From Candidatus Iainarchaeum sp. (GTDB lineage Archaea > Iainarchaeota > Iainarchaeia > Iainarchaeales > JACQJH01), in NCBI GenBank assembly GCA_016205145.1, contig JACQJH010000001.1:195501-259500 (forward strand): 64,000 bases of DNA. Direction: 5' to 3'. The position numbers and the translations under genes are program-made. Every line of letters starts with the position of its first letter. Position 1 is the stretch's first letter. Positions 20,082 through 28,638 of this stretch are shown here, in pieces. Below the pieces are notes generated by a model. It worked only from the letters and a program-made list of their open reading frames with translations, searched no databases and was not told where the DNA came from.

Positions 20082-20312
20082 GTGATTTGTTTGGCGAGAA
20101 AGTTCACTGTTGTCGTTGAAAAGGACCAAGACGGCGTTTTTGTAGCATCGGTTCCGGAACTACCCGGATGCCATACGCAGGCAGACTCCCTGAAAGAGCT
20201 TAAGGCAAACATAAAGGAAGCGATTGAAGCCTATTTGGAATCCATGGAAAAGGATGAGCTTCCAACAACTAAATTCGTCGGAATCAGGGAAGTCGAGGTT
20301 GCGGCAAAGTGA
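20082..20312 (+). CDS. hicB: HicB-family antitoxin (UPF0150)
   Basis: 76 aa (VVEKDQDGVFVASVPELPGCHTQADSLKELKANIKEAIEAYLES), the classic HicB N-terminal domain. Its stop overlaps the start of hicA. Confidence 0.75.
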   Translation: MICLARKFTVVVEKDQDGVFVASVPELPGCHTQADSLKELKANIKEAIEAYLESMEKDELPTTKFVGIREVEVAAK

Positions 20313-20536
20313 CAGCGCTCAGGCCAGTGAAGCCTGAGCAAATACTGAAAGTCGCCAAGCTGCTCGGCTTTGAACTTGTGCATGTCAGAGGCTCCCACCA
20401 CGTTTTCAAAAACGCGGCTGGCAAGCGGATAACTATTCCGGTCCACAAAGGCAAGCTTATTGGCAAGGGCCTGCTGTTGAAAATAATCAGGGAAGACTTC
20501 GGTCTGACGAAAGAAGAATTCGAACGCTTGTTGTGA
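20309..20536 (+). CDS. hicA: HicA-family mRNA interferase toxin (YcfA-like)
   Basis: 75 aa (KVAKLLGFELVHVRGSHHVFKNAAGKRITIPVHKGKLIGKGLLLKIIREDFGL), the HicA dsRBD-like fold motif. Confidence 0.8.
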   Translation: MTALRPVKPEQILKVAKLLGFELVHVRGSHHVFKNAAGKRITIPVHKGKLIGKGLLLKIIREDFGLTKEEFERLL

Positions 20537-20608
20537 ATGTGCAAAATAATCATCTCATTACTGCTCACGCTTGAAATGAAGTGAAAATTTTTATTCTGCG
20601 CCGGCGTT

Positions 20609-21097
20609 GTGGTTTGCATGAACAGGCAAACGCTTTTCAGGCTCGCTGCTTCAATCGCAATCTGCGGGCTTGCCGGCGCAGTCGGCTCAATCTTCACGTT
20701 TCCCGCAATCGCTTCGTGGTATGCGTCAATCAACAAGCCTTACTTCACTCCGCCGAACTGGGTTTTCGGCCCGGTTTGGACAGCGCTTTTCCTGCTCATG
20801 GGCATAGCGCTTTTCCTTGTGTGGGAAAAAGGCTTTCAGGAAAAGGAAAACAAGTTCGCGGTAAAGGTTTTCGGCGCACAGCTCGCCTTGAACGTTTTGT
20901 GGTCACTGCTTTTCTTCGGCCTGCACAACCCTTTCCTAGCAATGATTGAAATCGTTGCGCTCTGGCTGGCGATTGCCGCGACAACCATTCTGTTCAGCCG
21001 CATCGACAGGCGCGCGGCTTTGCTGCTGCTGCCTTACCTTGCGTGGGTTTCATTTGCGGCGTTCCTCAACTATTCGGTCTGGCTTTTGAACGCCTGA
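20609..21097 (+). CDS. tspO: TspO/MBR family tryptophan-rich sensory protein
   Basis: 162 aa with five TM helices and conserved Trp-rich blocks (PNWVFGPVWTALFLLMG...LAWVSFAAFLNYSVW). Confidence 0.85.
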   Translation: MVCMNRQTLFRLAASIAICGLAGAVGSIFTFPAIASWYASINKPYFTPPNWVFGPVWTALFLLMGIALFLVWEKGFQEKENKFAVKVFGAQLALNVLWSLLFFGLHNPFLAMIEIVALWLAIAATTILFSRIDRRAALLLLPYLAWVSFAAFLNYSVWLLNA

Positions 21098-21126
21098 AAA
21101 AAGCAGGTTTACTCGGCGTGTCGCGC

Positions 21127-21463
21127 AGCGGCACGCCTTAATCCCGACGCAGGGGGCTCCGCCCCCTTGCAAACCCCTGAAACATTTACCGCTACTTACT
21201 CGGCGGTTCACAACGTGAACCGCCTTGGTTTCGGCACACGCGCCCGAAAGCGCGTTGTCCTTTGTTAATGCAAAAGCAGATGGGTACGGCGCAACAGCGA
21301 AATATCCGTCGTCGAGCCCGCTTGTGAAATCATCGCCATCAGGCGCAGCGCTATGCGAGCAAAGCGAGCGCAGGGGTTGCACCCCTTGCGAACCCTGCAA
21401 AGCATGCGTGGTGTTCCGCAGCAGCGCGAACACCACAAAGCGCACCAGCCGGGCGTGACGGCT
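21127..21463 (-). repeat. tRNA-Asp 3' trailer: two consecutive hairpin cassettes (about 340 nt)
   Basis: First unit: AAGCCGTCACGCCCGGCTGG ... GGGGTGCAACCCC TGCG ... GGGCTCGACGACGGATATTTCGCTG...GTACCC. Second unit: CCGAAACCAAGGCGGTTCACGTTGTGAACCGCCGAGTAAG ... GGGGGCGGAGCCCCC TGCG TCGGGATTAAGGCGTGCCGCTGCGCGACACGCCGAGTAAACC. Confidence 0.75.
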
Positions 21464-21625
21464 TCGCCCGCACCGGGAGTCGGACCCGGCCCACGGCCTC
21501 GCTGCATTGCAGTACTCCATAAAAGAAACTTTTCTTTCTTTTTGGGGTAAAGCACTTTTTCTTTCTTCGCAAGAAAGAAAAAGGGCTTCGACAGGGCCGT
21601 ATCCTAGCCGATAGACCATACGGGC
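21464..21625 (-). tRNA. tRNA-Asp(GTC) with a ~90-nt intron at the canonical 37/38 position (introns 21499..21588)
   Basis: The minus-strand 5' exon GCCCGTATGGTCTATCGGCTAGGATACGGCCCTGTCG runs through acceptor, D-arm and anticodon stem CGGCC with loop CTGTCG. The 3' exon A-GGCCG-TGGG-CCGGG-TCCGACT-CCCGG-TGCGGGC-G pairs perfectly in the anticodon and acceptor stems. The D-stem has two G-U pairs and the T-loop has C at position 55, so it may be diverged. Confidence 0.55.
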
Positions 21626-21696
21626 TTTTTGCCGAAGTTATTTTGTCCGGCGTTTTGTTTTTATTTGTTGCGCGGCCATTTTTGCCGGACCTTTGT

Positions 21697-22536
21697 TCAG
21701 AAGTTCAATGCAATCAGGCCCAGGACAAGCAGTGCGATTGCGGCATACTTTCTCGCTTCAAGCTTTTCGTTCAGGAAGACTGCGGCGAAGACTGCCGTCG
21801 TTATGGGCAGGCCCGCGCTGATGGACGCTGTTATTGCGAGGCCGGTTTTTTGCATTAGCAGGTTGAAGGCAAGGCTGAGGTCGACTATTGCAAGCCCCCC
21901 GCCCAGCAGGAAAAAAGAATTTTGCCGCGTTGGCAGTTCGATTTTTCTTTTTGAAAGCAGAACGTATGCGAGTATGATTAATCCGATGAGCGCCTGCGAG
22001 TAGAATGCGGTGTTGTAGGGGCCGAGGCTTTTCGTCAAAAACTTCAGCATTATGTAGTAGATCGTCCAGCCTGTTGCGGTTATTGCTATGAATTTTGCGC
22101 CGTCGACGATTTTGTATCGCAATAATGATTTTTTTGCCGCGATGACCGCCGAGGACAGCAGTATTGCCGTTGCCCCAACTGCCTGCATTGCGCCCAGGCT
22201 TTCATTCAGGAACAGGGCGGAGATTGCGATTATCATGAGAACGTAGATGTTTGCAAGCGGCTGGGCTATCGCGGTTTCCATCTTGTGGTATGATTTGAGC
22301 AGTGCGACGATTGCGATTGCGCCCGCAATGCCGGCAACAATAAGCGCAATTATGTCCGCCAAGCCCGGAATTTTCGGTTCGGAGAAAAGAAAAACGCCTG
22401 CCAGCAGGAACGGAGCTGACACGGCATAGAAATAAACGAGCGCCCATTCCTCGGCCATTGACTGCATTGCCTTCTTGCTTGCAATCGGCGCAAGGCCGCC
22501 GAAAAGCAGGAGCAATGCCAGGACAAAAGTTTCCAT
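21697..22536 (-). CDS. EamA/DMT-family transporter
   Basis: 279 aa with 10 TM helices arranged as a duplicated EamA-like domain. Confidence 0.8.
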   Translation of the reverse strand: METFVLALLLLFGGLAPIASKKAMQSMAEEWALVYFYAVSAPFLLAGVFLFSEPKIPGLADIIALIVAGIAGAIAIVALLKSYHKMETAIAQPLANIYVLMIIAISALFLNESLGAMQAVGATAILLSSAVIAAKKSLLRYKIVDGAKFIAITATGWTIYYIMLKFLTKSLGPYNTAFYSQALIGLIILAYVLLSKRKIELPTRQNSFFLLGGGLAIVDLSLAFNLLMQKTGLAITASISAGLPITTAVFAAVFLNEKLEARKYAAIALLVLGLIALNF

Positions 22537-22591
22537 GCTTGAGTATTGTCGTTTGACGCTTTTTTATTTTGTTTGCAGGCAATCATTAATT

Positions 22592-23323
22592 ATGCAAGTT
22601 GTGCACGGCAAACGGATTTTTCAGGCCCTTTGCGTTTTGCTCGTCGTCTTGTCTTTTGCAGTGGGCTTTTTTGCTCTGCCTTTCCTGCCTGCAAAGGCGC
22701 CGATCCACTGGAACATTGAAGGCAAGGCTGACGGCTTCGGCCCGGCCTGGATGGCGGCATTCCTTGTTCCAATAATGATTGCATTCCTCGCCGGACTGTT
22801 TTTCGTGATTCCGAAAATCGAGGTGCGCAAGGACAACATCAAAAAATTCGAGTCAAGCTACTGGCTGCTCGCGTCCGGCTTGTGCGTGGCGTTGTTCGCG
22901 ATTTTCCTTTTATCGCTTGCCTCGAATTTCGGCTACAATTTCGACATGACGTTTGCGGTTTTAGGCATAATCGCATTGCTGTTTGTCTTCATGGGCCTGC
23001 TAATGCCTTCGTTCAAGCAGAATTATTTTGTCGGTGTGAGGACGCCCTGGGCTTTGGCCGATGAAAGGGTGTGGGTTGCAACGCACAAATTTTCGTCAAA
23101 AGTTTTCATTGCTTCAGGCATTCTTTTCGGTTTATGTGCTTTGCTGCCGAAACATTTCTTTTGGCTCATTCTTGCGGCAATCCTGCTGATGGTTTTCGGC
23201 ACGTTCGGCTATTCGTATTGGATTTACCGAAAACTGCACAATGCGCAGGCAAAAGACAAACTGCCTGAAAAAAGCAAGCCTCCCGCAAAAGGCATAAACT
23301 CCGCCAAAAAAGGCAAAAAATAG
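22592..23323 (+). CDS. SdpI/YhfL-family (DUF1648) membrane protein
   Basis: Conserved GVRTPWALADERVW motif (GIRTPWTL in SdpI) and 6 TM helices. The track start at 22475 overlaps the EamA gene, so the internal ATG at 22592 is preferred. Confidence 0.65.
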   Translation: MQVVHGKRIFQALCVLLVVLSFAVGFFALPFLPAKAPIHWNIEGKADGFGPAWMAAFLVPIMIAFLAGLFFVIPKIEVRKDNIKKFESSYWLLASGLCVALFAIFLLSLASNFGYNFDMTFAVLGIIALLFVFMGLLMPSFKQNYFVGVRTPWALADERVWVATHKFSSKVFIASGILFGLCALLPKHFFWLILAAILLMVFGTFGYSYWIYRKLHNAQAKDKLPEKSKPPAKGINSAKKGKK

Positions 23324-23412
23324 CGTTCTGAAAAACTCTTTTATTTTAAGAAACAGAGTTTTTCCTTTTTGGTTTTGCGGTTTGCTTTGTTGAGCTATTT
23401 TTTTATGCTTGA

Positions 23413-23817
23413 ATGCAGTTTCTAATCATTATGCCCTTGTTCGAGGATTTTGTCGGCATCTACGAATTCTTTTTCATGGCCCTGATTTACATTTCAATCG
23501 GCCTGCATTTTTTGGCCGCCAAGGGATGGTTCAACAAGCTCAAGCTTGTCATTGCGGTCATCGGCTTTTTCTTTTTGGTTGGAACAATCCCTTTCTTTTA
23601 CGCTTTTGTCTTCATTCTCGCATGGCTTGTCCTAATGGGCATTCCACTGATGGTTGACAGGACAACCGCTCTAATCCTGCTTGTGGTTGCGGCAATAATC
23701 GGGCCAAGGAACCCGTTTTTCCTGTTCCTCTCCCTGGGCCTTTACGCGATCATAAACTTCTGGTTCATCTATTCGGCTTTTGAAACTCTTGAAAAGAAGC
23801 CCGCCGGAAGGCAGTGA
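23413..23817 (+). CDS. Hypothetical small membrane protein (4 TM)
   Basis: 134-aa hydrophobic ORF with no motif. Lies upstream of the ABC permease on the opposite strand. Confidence 0.4.
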   Translation: MQFLIIMPLFEDFVGIYEFFFMALIYISIGLHFLAAKGWFNKLKLVIAVIGFFFLVGTIPFFYAFVFILAWLVLMGIPLMVDRTTALILLVVAAIIGPRNPFFLFLSLGLYAIINFWFIYSAFETLEKKPAGRQ

Positions 23818-23855
23818 AACTTGCCGGGCGTTTTTGGCCTCGCCGGAATGGTTGC

Positions 23856-24680
23856 CTATTCTTCTATCCTGCTGAACAGGTATGCGGCGATTGCGACTGT
23901 TGCAAGCATGAACGCGGCCGTAACCGGCAGGCTCAACGCTATGCTTATGTATGACTCTCCGAACAGCGCGAATCTCATTGTTTCAACCGCGTACGTGAAG
24001 GGGTTGAATGCCGCAATTGTCCGCAGTATTGCCGGAGAACTCTCCAACGGAAAGAGCGCACCGCTCAGGAAAAACAGCGGCATTATGACCAGGTTTGAAA
24101 TTATCGGAAAGCCCTGCATGTCCTCCATCACAGAGCCGAACATCATGCCGATTGAAACGATCGAGATTGAGATTATTATGACCGCGACTGCGAGCGCAGG
24201 CAAAGCCAGCAAATTTATGTGCACGCCCAGCAGGATGGTCACTGCAAGCATCACGGCTGCCTTGAACAGCGCGTCGGTTGCCCCGCCCAGCGCCTTTCCA
24301 ATCACTATTGCCGGCCTGCTCACCGGGGCAATCAGCGTTTCTTTCAGGAAACCGAACTGCCTGTCGATGAGTATTCCCATTCCTGAAAAGAACGAGCCGA
24401 AAAGTATGGTCATCAGGATTATGCCGGGTGCCATGAATTCAAGATAGTTTGTGCCGGCGCCGCTCACGGCAAACGCCCCGTTGAGGCCGGTTCCGAGTAT
24501 CAGAAAAAACAGCAGCGGCATGCCGAACTGCGAAATCATCCTGCTTTTGGAACGCCGCATCCTCAGCATTTCCCTTTTCCACAGGAAAAAAACCGCCCTT
24601 AATTCGTTGCCCAAAACCATTCCCTTCGCCTCAGCCCCAATTGCCATTCCGCTTTTCATTTCCGCGTGCTCTTGTGCCAT
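23856..24680 (-). CDS. ABC-2 type transporter permease
   Basis: 274 aa with 6 TM helices and ABC-2 permease topology. Overlaps the upstream ATPase gene by 25 nt, so the two are translationally coupled. Confidence 0.8.
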   Translation of the reverse strand: MAQEHAEMKSGMAIGAEAKGMVLGNELRAVFFLWKREMLRMRRSKSRMISQFGMPLLFFLILGTGLNGAFAVSGAGTNYLEFMAPGIILMTILFGSFFSGMGILIDRQFGFLKETLIAPVSRPAIVIGKALGGATDALFKAAVMLAVTILLGVHINLLALPALAVAVIIISISIVSIGMMFGSVMEDMQGFPIISNLVIMPLFFLSGALFPLESSPAILRTIAAFNPFTYAVETMRFALFGESYISIALSLPVTAAFMLATVAIAAYLFSRIEE

Positions 24681-25666
24681 GCCTTCCGCAGTATCCTCAT
24701 GGAGTCCTTCGCGCTTCCTTCCTCTTCCCTTATCGTCCTGCCCGTGAAATGCAGGAACACGTCGTCAAGCGTGGGCTTCCGCACGCTGATGGAATTGACT
24801 TCAACGCCGGACTTTTCGCATTCCCGGAGAATCTGCGGAACCTTCTTGTCGGCTTCTTCCACGGAAATGTCAACGCGTCCGTCGTGGCAGGTCACGCTTT
24901 TTACCCAGGGATATGCTTCAAGCGCCGCCTTCACTTTCGCGCATTCGGGCGTTTCGATTGAAACAGAGTCGCCGCCAAGCGCGCTTTTCAGCCTTTCAGG
25001 CGAATCAAGCGCGATTATCCTCCCCTTGTCCATGATTGCAACCCTGTCGCACACCCCGTCCGCCTCGTCAAGGTAATGCGTCGTCAAAACGATTGTCACG
25101 TTGTTCTCTTTTTTCAGCCTTTTCACATATTCCCAGATTCGCTTTCTTGTCTGCGGGTCCAGGCCGACTGTCGGCTCATCCAAAAACAGGACTTTCGGAA
25201 AATGCATGAGGCCGCGCGCGATTTCAAGCCTTCTCCTCATTCCGCCGGAAAAAGTCTTGACCTCGTCTTTGAGCCGGTCCTCCAATTCAACCATGCCCGC
25301 GGTTTCCCTTATGCGGCGGCTCCTGTCATCCTTTCCGAGGCCGTACATTGCGGCGTGCAGTTCAAGGTTTTCGAATGCCGTCAGGTCTTCATCAAGGCTC
25401 GGGTCCTGGAAAACAATGCCGATGCTTTTCCTCACGGAATCCGCGTTTTGGACAACGTCAAAGCCGTTGACCTCGGCTTTTCCATCCGAAGGCCTTTTCA
25501 TTGTGACAAGCATTGAAATGAGCGTCGTCTTGCCCGCGCCGTTCGGCCCGAGCAGACCGAAAATCTCGCCTTCACTGACGGAGAACGAAACGCCGTCCAC
25601 GGCCGCAAGGCCGCCGAATTTTTTCGTCAACGCGCTGATTTCAATGGCATTCAAACGCTTCACCAA
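24656..25666 (-). CDS. ABC transporter ATP-binding protein
   Basis: Walker A (GPNGAGKTT), signature LSGGMRRRLEIARGL, Walker B (VLFLDEPTVGLD), H-loop, plus a C-terminal extension. Confidence 0.9.
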   Translation of the reverse strand: MVKRLNAIEISALTKKFGGLAAVDGVSFSVSEGEIFGLLGPNGAGKTTLISMLVTMKRPSDGKAEVNGFDVVQNADSVRKSIGIVFQDPSLDEDLTAFENLELHAAMYGLGKDDRSRRIRETAGMVELEDRLKDEVKTFSGGMRRRLEIARGLMHFPKVLFLDEPTVGLDPQTRKRIWEYVKRLKKENNVTIVLTTHYLDEADGVCDRVAIMDKGRIIALDSPERLKSALGGDSVSIETPECAKVKAALEAYPWVKSVTCHDGRVDISVEEADKKVPQILRECEKSGVEVNSISVRKPTLDDVFLHFTGRTIREEEGSAKDSMRILRKAWHKSTRK

Positions 25667-25741
25667 ATCTGCTGAAAAAAAGAACCAGTATAGAAAGAAG
25701 AAGTGGTGTTAATGGTTTAAATTAGTTTTCCCAGTTTGCAT

Positions 25742-26275
25742 TCAGTCAAGCCCGGCAAAGCTTTTTTCCGCGTTCACGGCCGAAGCCTCGACAAAGGCGT
25801 TCTGCCGCTCGATGATGCAGGCTTTCATTTTTGCGAGCGCCTTTTCGCCCGGGCCAAGCGCATCCAAGTCGCAGTTCGTGCAGTTTTCGACCTTCACGTT
25901 TTCGCTCTGGCGCAGGCTGACTTTCTCGGCCTTTTCCGCGCCGGCGTTTTCGATTTCCACGACAACCTGCGAGTACTGCGGGCACGGCAGGAGCCTTCCC
26001 TCAACGGGCCTTGCCTTCAGCGCGGTCCGCCCGAGGACCTCGAAAGAAATCTGCGCGGAAACAGCCGTTGTTTTCGCCGAAGTTCCTTCCTGCGCGGAGT
26101 CTGCGCCTTTTTCGCCTGCGCTGTCCGCGGTCTTTCCGTTTGCGCTTTTCGCCGCAAGCGAAAGGAAGCCGCTCGGATTGTTCAACGCAAAAAACGCGCC
26201 CACAAAAACCAATGCGATTGCGAGCAATGCGATGCCTGAAGTTTTTGCATTTGCAGGCGAAACTTTCAGATTCAT
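25742..26275 (-). CDS. Hypothetical membrane-anchored protein (operonic with ABC transporter)
   Basis: 177 aa with an N-terminal TM anchor, an Ala/Ser/Lys-rich linker and a small Cys-containing domain. Confidence 0.45.
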   Translation of the reverse strand: MNLKVSPANAKTSGIALLAIALVFVGAFFALNNPSGFLSLAAKSANGKTADSAGEKGADSAQEGTSAKTTAVSAQISFEVLGRTALKARPVEGRLLPCPQYSQVVVEIENAGAEKAEKVSLRQSENVKVENCTNCDLDALGPGEKALAKMKACIIERQNAFVEASAVNAEKSFAGLD

Positions 26276-27840
26276 TCAAACCCCACTGTGGCCTCAAGGC
26301 TTGCCTCTTCCGACAGCAGTTGCGCGGAGTCCGCGGTTTCAATGCTGTCCGTTATGGTGTCGCTGGAAATCACTGCCTTGACGGAATAGCTGCCAAGGCC
26401 CTGGATTTTCGCGAAGATTTCCGCATTCTTGGTTTCGCCTTTCTTTATCGAGTCGAAAAACGTTGTCGAAGTGCCGCTGATGATCCAGCTTGCCGGAATC
26501 CCGTCCAGCGAAACGCTCACGTTTTTCGCGTCAACCCTGCCGACGTTCTTTATTGACACGATGAATTTGACTGTCGAGTTCAGGCCGACGGTCCCTTCGT
26601 TCCTGCCGCCGCTTGGAGCCTGCACGCTCAAAGGAAAAGTTTTTTTGTCCAATGCGATTGCCGCCAAAGCCGTGTCAATGGCATTTGACGAATTGCTTTG
26701 CCTGCCGAAACTGCCGTCGGCGTTCGCCTTTGTTTTCAGGCAGTCCAGTGCCTTGTCGGCTTTTTCCGTTTCATTGAATGCCCTGAATGCAATGCTGCCG
26801 AGCGCGGTCCTGAAACCGTCGCTTATGCACCCGTCGGAGTCCTGCTTTGCCGCGAGCCAGTCGATGCTTTTCTGCGCAACGCTTTTTCCTTCGCCGGCGG
26901 CACCCAACGCTATTATCGCTTCTTCCGTGAAATCAACGCTTTCCGTTTCATCCCCTGAGTTGTAGCCGAAACTGCCGTTGGAATGCATTGCGGAAACAAG
27001 GTAATCGGCGGGAGTTTCACCGCCATTTTCAGGCATGCTTTCTCCGGCCTGCGCAAACGCAACAACCGCCCAGGCTGTGGTGTCGACGTCGCTTTCACCG
27101 CTTCCGCTCTTGAAACCGCCGTCGCCCTGCTGTGAATCCTTCAGCAAATCAATCGTCGTCCTGCCGTTTTTTTCGAATGAGTTCAGGTCCTCGCCGGCCG
27201 AAATGAGCGCCATCGCCGCAAGCGCGGTGTTCAAAGAATCCCCGAAGCTTGCGTCGCTTTGCTGCTGTGCTATGATGTAGCTTTTCGCATTTCCCGGAAC
27301 TGCTGAAGCGAGCGCAATGTTGTTGTCCCGGCCCATGCCGAGGCCCATCATTCCGAACGAGTGCTGGAACAAATTCGCGCCAATCCTGCCGCCTGTTTCC
27401 TGCGAATCCGCAAGCCATTCAACTGCGTCAGCGCCCGCACCATCCAAGTAATCGAGTGAAACTGTGCCGTTGTCGTTCGGAACTGCGGCGCTTATGCCTG
27501 TCATTGAAGGCAGGTTGTTTTCGCCGAACTGCCAGTATTTCGAAAAATCGCTTGAAGCGCCCAGGCCGTTGACTGAATTGACGAACGCCGATTCCTTCAC
27601 CCCATCGCCGTCGAAATCGTAGTATGCGATGTCGAGTGCAACGCTTTTTTCCTGTGCCGCCTGCACGAACGCCGTGAATGCATTCGCGTCATCCGCAACG
27701 TTCACGCTTGCGCTCGTGTCGGCCGAAGCGTTTGCGTACGGAAAGTTGAATTTCACGTTCACGGTTTTCGCCTGCGCCGCTTGCGCGAACACGAAAAGCA
27801 GAACAAAGAACAAAAAGCCGATTTTTCTCATTTCCCCCAC
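26272..27840 (-). CDS. Secreted surface protein with prenyltransferase/terpene-cyclase-like alpha-alpha repeats and a C-terminal CARDB-like domain
   Basis: Signal peptide (FLFFVLLFVFAQAAQA). Repeated motifs TALAAMALISAG, TTAWAVVAFAQAG and TALAAIALDK are typical of PF00432-like repeats. The C-terminal beta domain (VGLNSTVKFIVSIKNVGRVDAKNVSVSLDG) is CARDB-like. Confidence 0.55.
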   Translation of the reverse strand: MGEMRKIGFLFFVLLFVFAQAAQAKTVNVKFNFPYANASADTSASVNVADDANAFTAFVQAAQEKSVALDIAYYDFDGDGVKESAFVNSVNGLGASSDFSKYWQFGENNLPSMTGISAAVPNDNGTVSLDYLDGAGADAVEWLADSQETGGRIGANLFQHSFGMMGLGMGRDNNIALASAVPGNAKSYIIAQQQSDASFGDSLNTALAAMALISAGEDLNSFEKNGRTTIDLLKDSQQGDGGFKSGSGESDVDTTAWAVVAFAQAGESMPENGGETPADYLVSAMHSNGSFGYNSGDETESVDFTEEAIIALGAAGEGKSVAQKSIDWLAAKQDSDGCISDGFRTALGSIAFRAFNETEKADKALDCLKTKANADGSFGRQSNSSNAIDTALAAIALDKKTFPLSVQAPSGGRNEGTVGLNSTVKFIVSIKNVGRVDAKNVSVSLDGIPASWIISGTSTTFFDSIKKGETKNAEIFAKIQGLGSYSVKAVISSDTITDSIETADSAQLLSEEASLEATVGFE

Positions 27841-27954
27841 CGCCCGCAGATGTTTTTTTTCTTGCGTTCAGAATCAGTGCCGAAGCCTTTTAAGCAGTTC
27901 CATTTAGGATAATTATCATTAGCATTCATGGTAACGTTAGCACGCTATTAGCAC

Positions 27955-28506
27955 TTGGTTTATCATGGTGGTTTGTTGGACATACTGAAGGCTTTGGCCA
28001 ACTCCAACCGGCGCAACATGGTCCAGATTCTCCTCAAAAAGGAAACCCACATTGCCGCGCTCGCAAGGGAATTGAACATTTCCAATCCGGTTGCATTGAA
28101 GCACGCGCGCATTCTTGAGGATAACGGCCTGATTGAACGGGAAAAAGCGGGGAACACGCACATACTGCACATCCGCAAGGACGCGCTCAAGAAAATACGG
28201 CTGGCATCGGAGCTTTTTGAAAAGCCAATTTCTTTCAGCGTCGCGAAAGGCACTTTGCTTTTGGACGCGCTTTCAAAGGTCGATGGCCTCGAGATCGAGA
28301 ACACGAAACAGGGCGCGTTCATCAAGGCAATTGACGGCAAGGAAGGCTACTTTGTCTTTGAAATCAACGGCAAGTTTCCGACAAAGCCGATCGAGGAAAT
28401 CGAAATTTCCGGCAGGACGGAAATCGAGTTGAAGCGCCTTCTGCCCGTCATCGGAAAAAAAATCGTTTTCGAAACAGCCGGTTCCGTCCGGCTGGTCCGG
28501 GACTAA
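27955..28506 (+). CDS. ArsR-family winged-helix transcriptional regulator with C-terminal extension
   Basis: HTH region MVQILLKKETHIAALARELNISNPVALKHARILEDNGLIEREKAGNTHIL. Confidence 0.7.
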   Translation: MVYHGGLLDILKALANSNRRNMVQILLKKETHIAALARELNISNPVALKHARILEDNGLIEREKAGNTHILHIRKDALKKIRLASELFEKPISFSVAKGTLLLDALSKVDGLEIENTKQGAFIKAIDGKEGYFVFEINGKFPTKPIEEIEISGRTEIELKRLLPVIGKKIVFETAGSVRLVRD

Positions 28507-28638
28507 GGCGTATCGTTGCAAAATCTTGGATTTTGCGACGTGCCCAGAATCTGTGGATTCTGGTGCATGCTTACGCAATACGCCGAGTAATTCTATTCCG
28601 CATTTCGGGGTTTTACGCGGGGGTGTCCCATGTGTTCA
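28503..28638 (+). repeat. Intergenic H2 element with module B in the loop, plus a degenerate spacer-H3
   Basis: AAGGCGTATCG [TTGCAAAATCTTGGATTTTGCGACGTGCCCAGAATCTGTGGATTCTGGTGCATGC] TTACGCAATACGCCGAGTAATTCTATTCCGCATTTCGGGGTTTTACGCGGGGGTGTCCC. Lies between the convergent ArsR and PLP-enzyme genes. Confidence 0.75.

Noticed and set aside
21105-21625. Possibility that the 21.1-21.6 kb structured region is SRP RNA, RNase P RNA or an rRNA fragment
   Set aside because: No conserved SRP domain IV or RNase P CR-I/CR-IV/CR-V motifs could be found. The region is instead explained by an intron-containing tRNA-Asp plus two trailer cassettes.
22475-22591. Upstream 39 codons of the SdpI-like ORF
   Set aside because: This part overlaps the start of the divergent EamA gene. 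The internal ATG at 22592 gives a protein beginning directly with a TM helix, as in the family.
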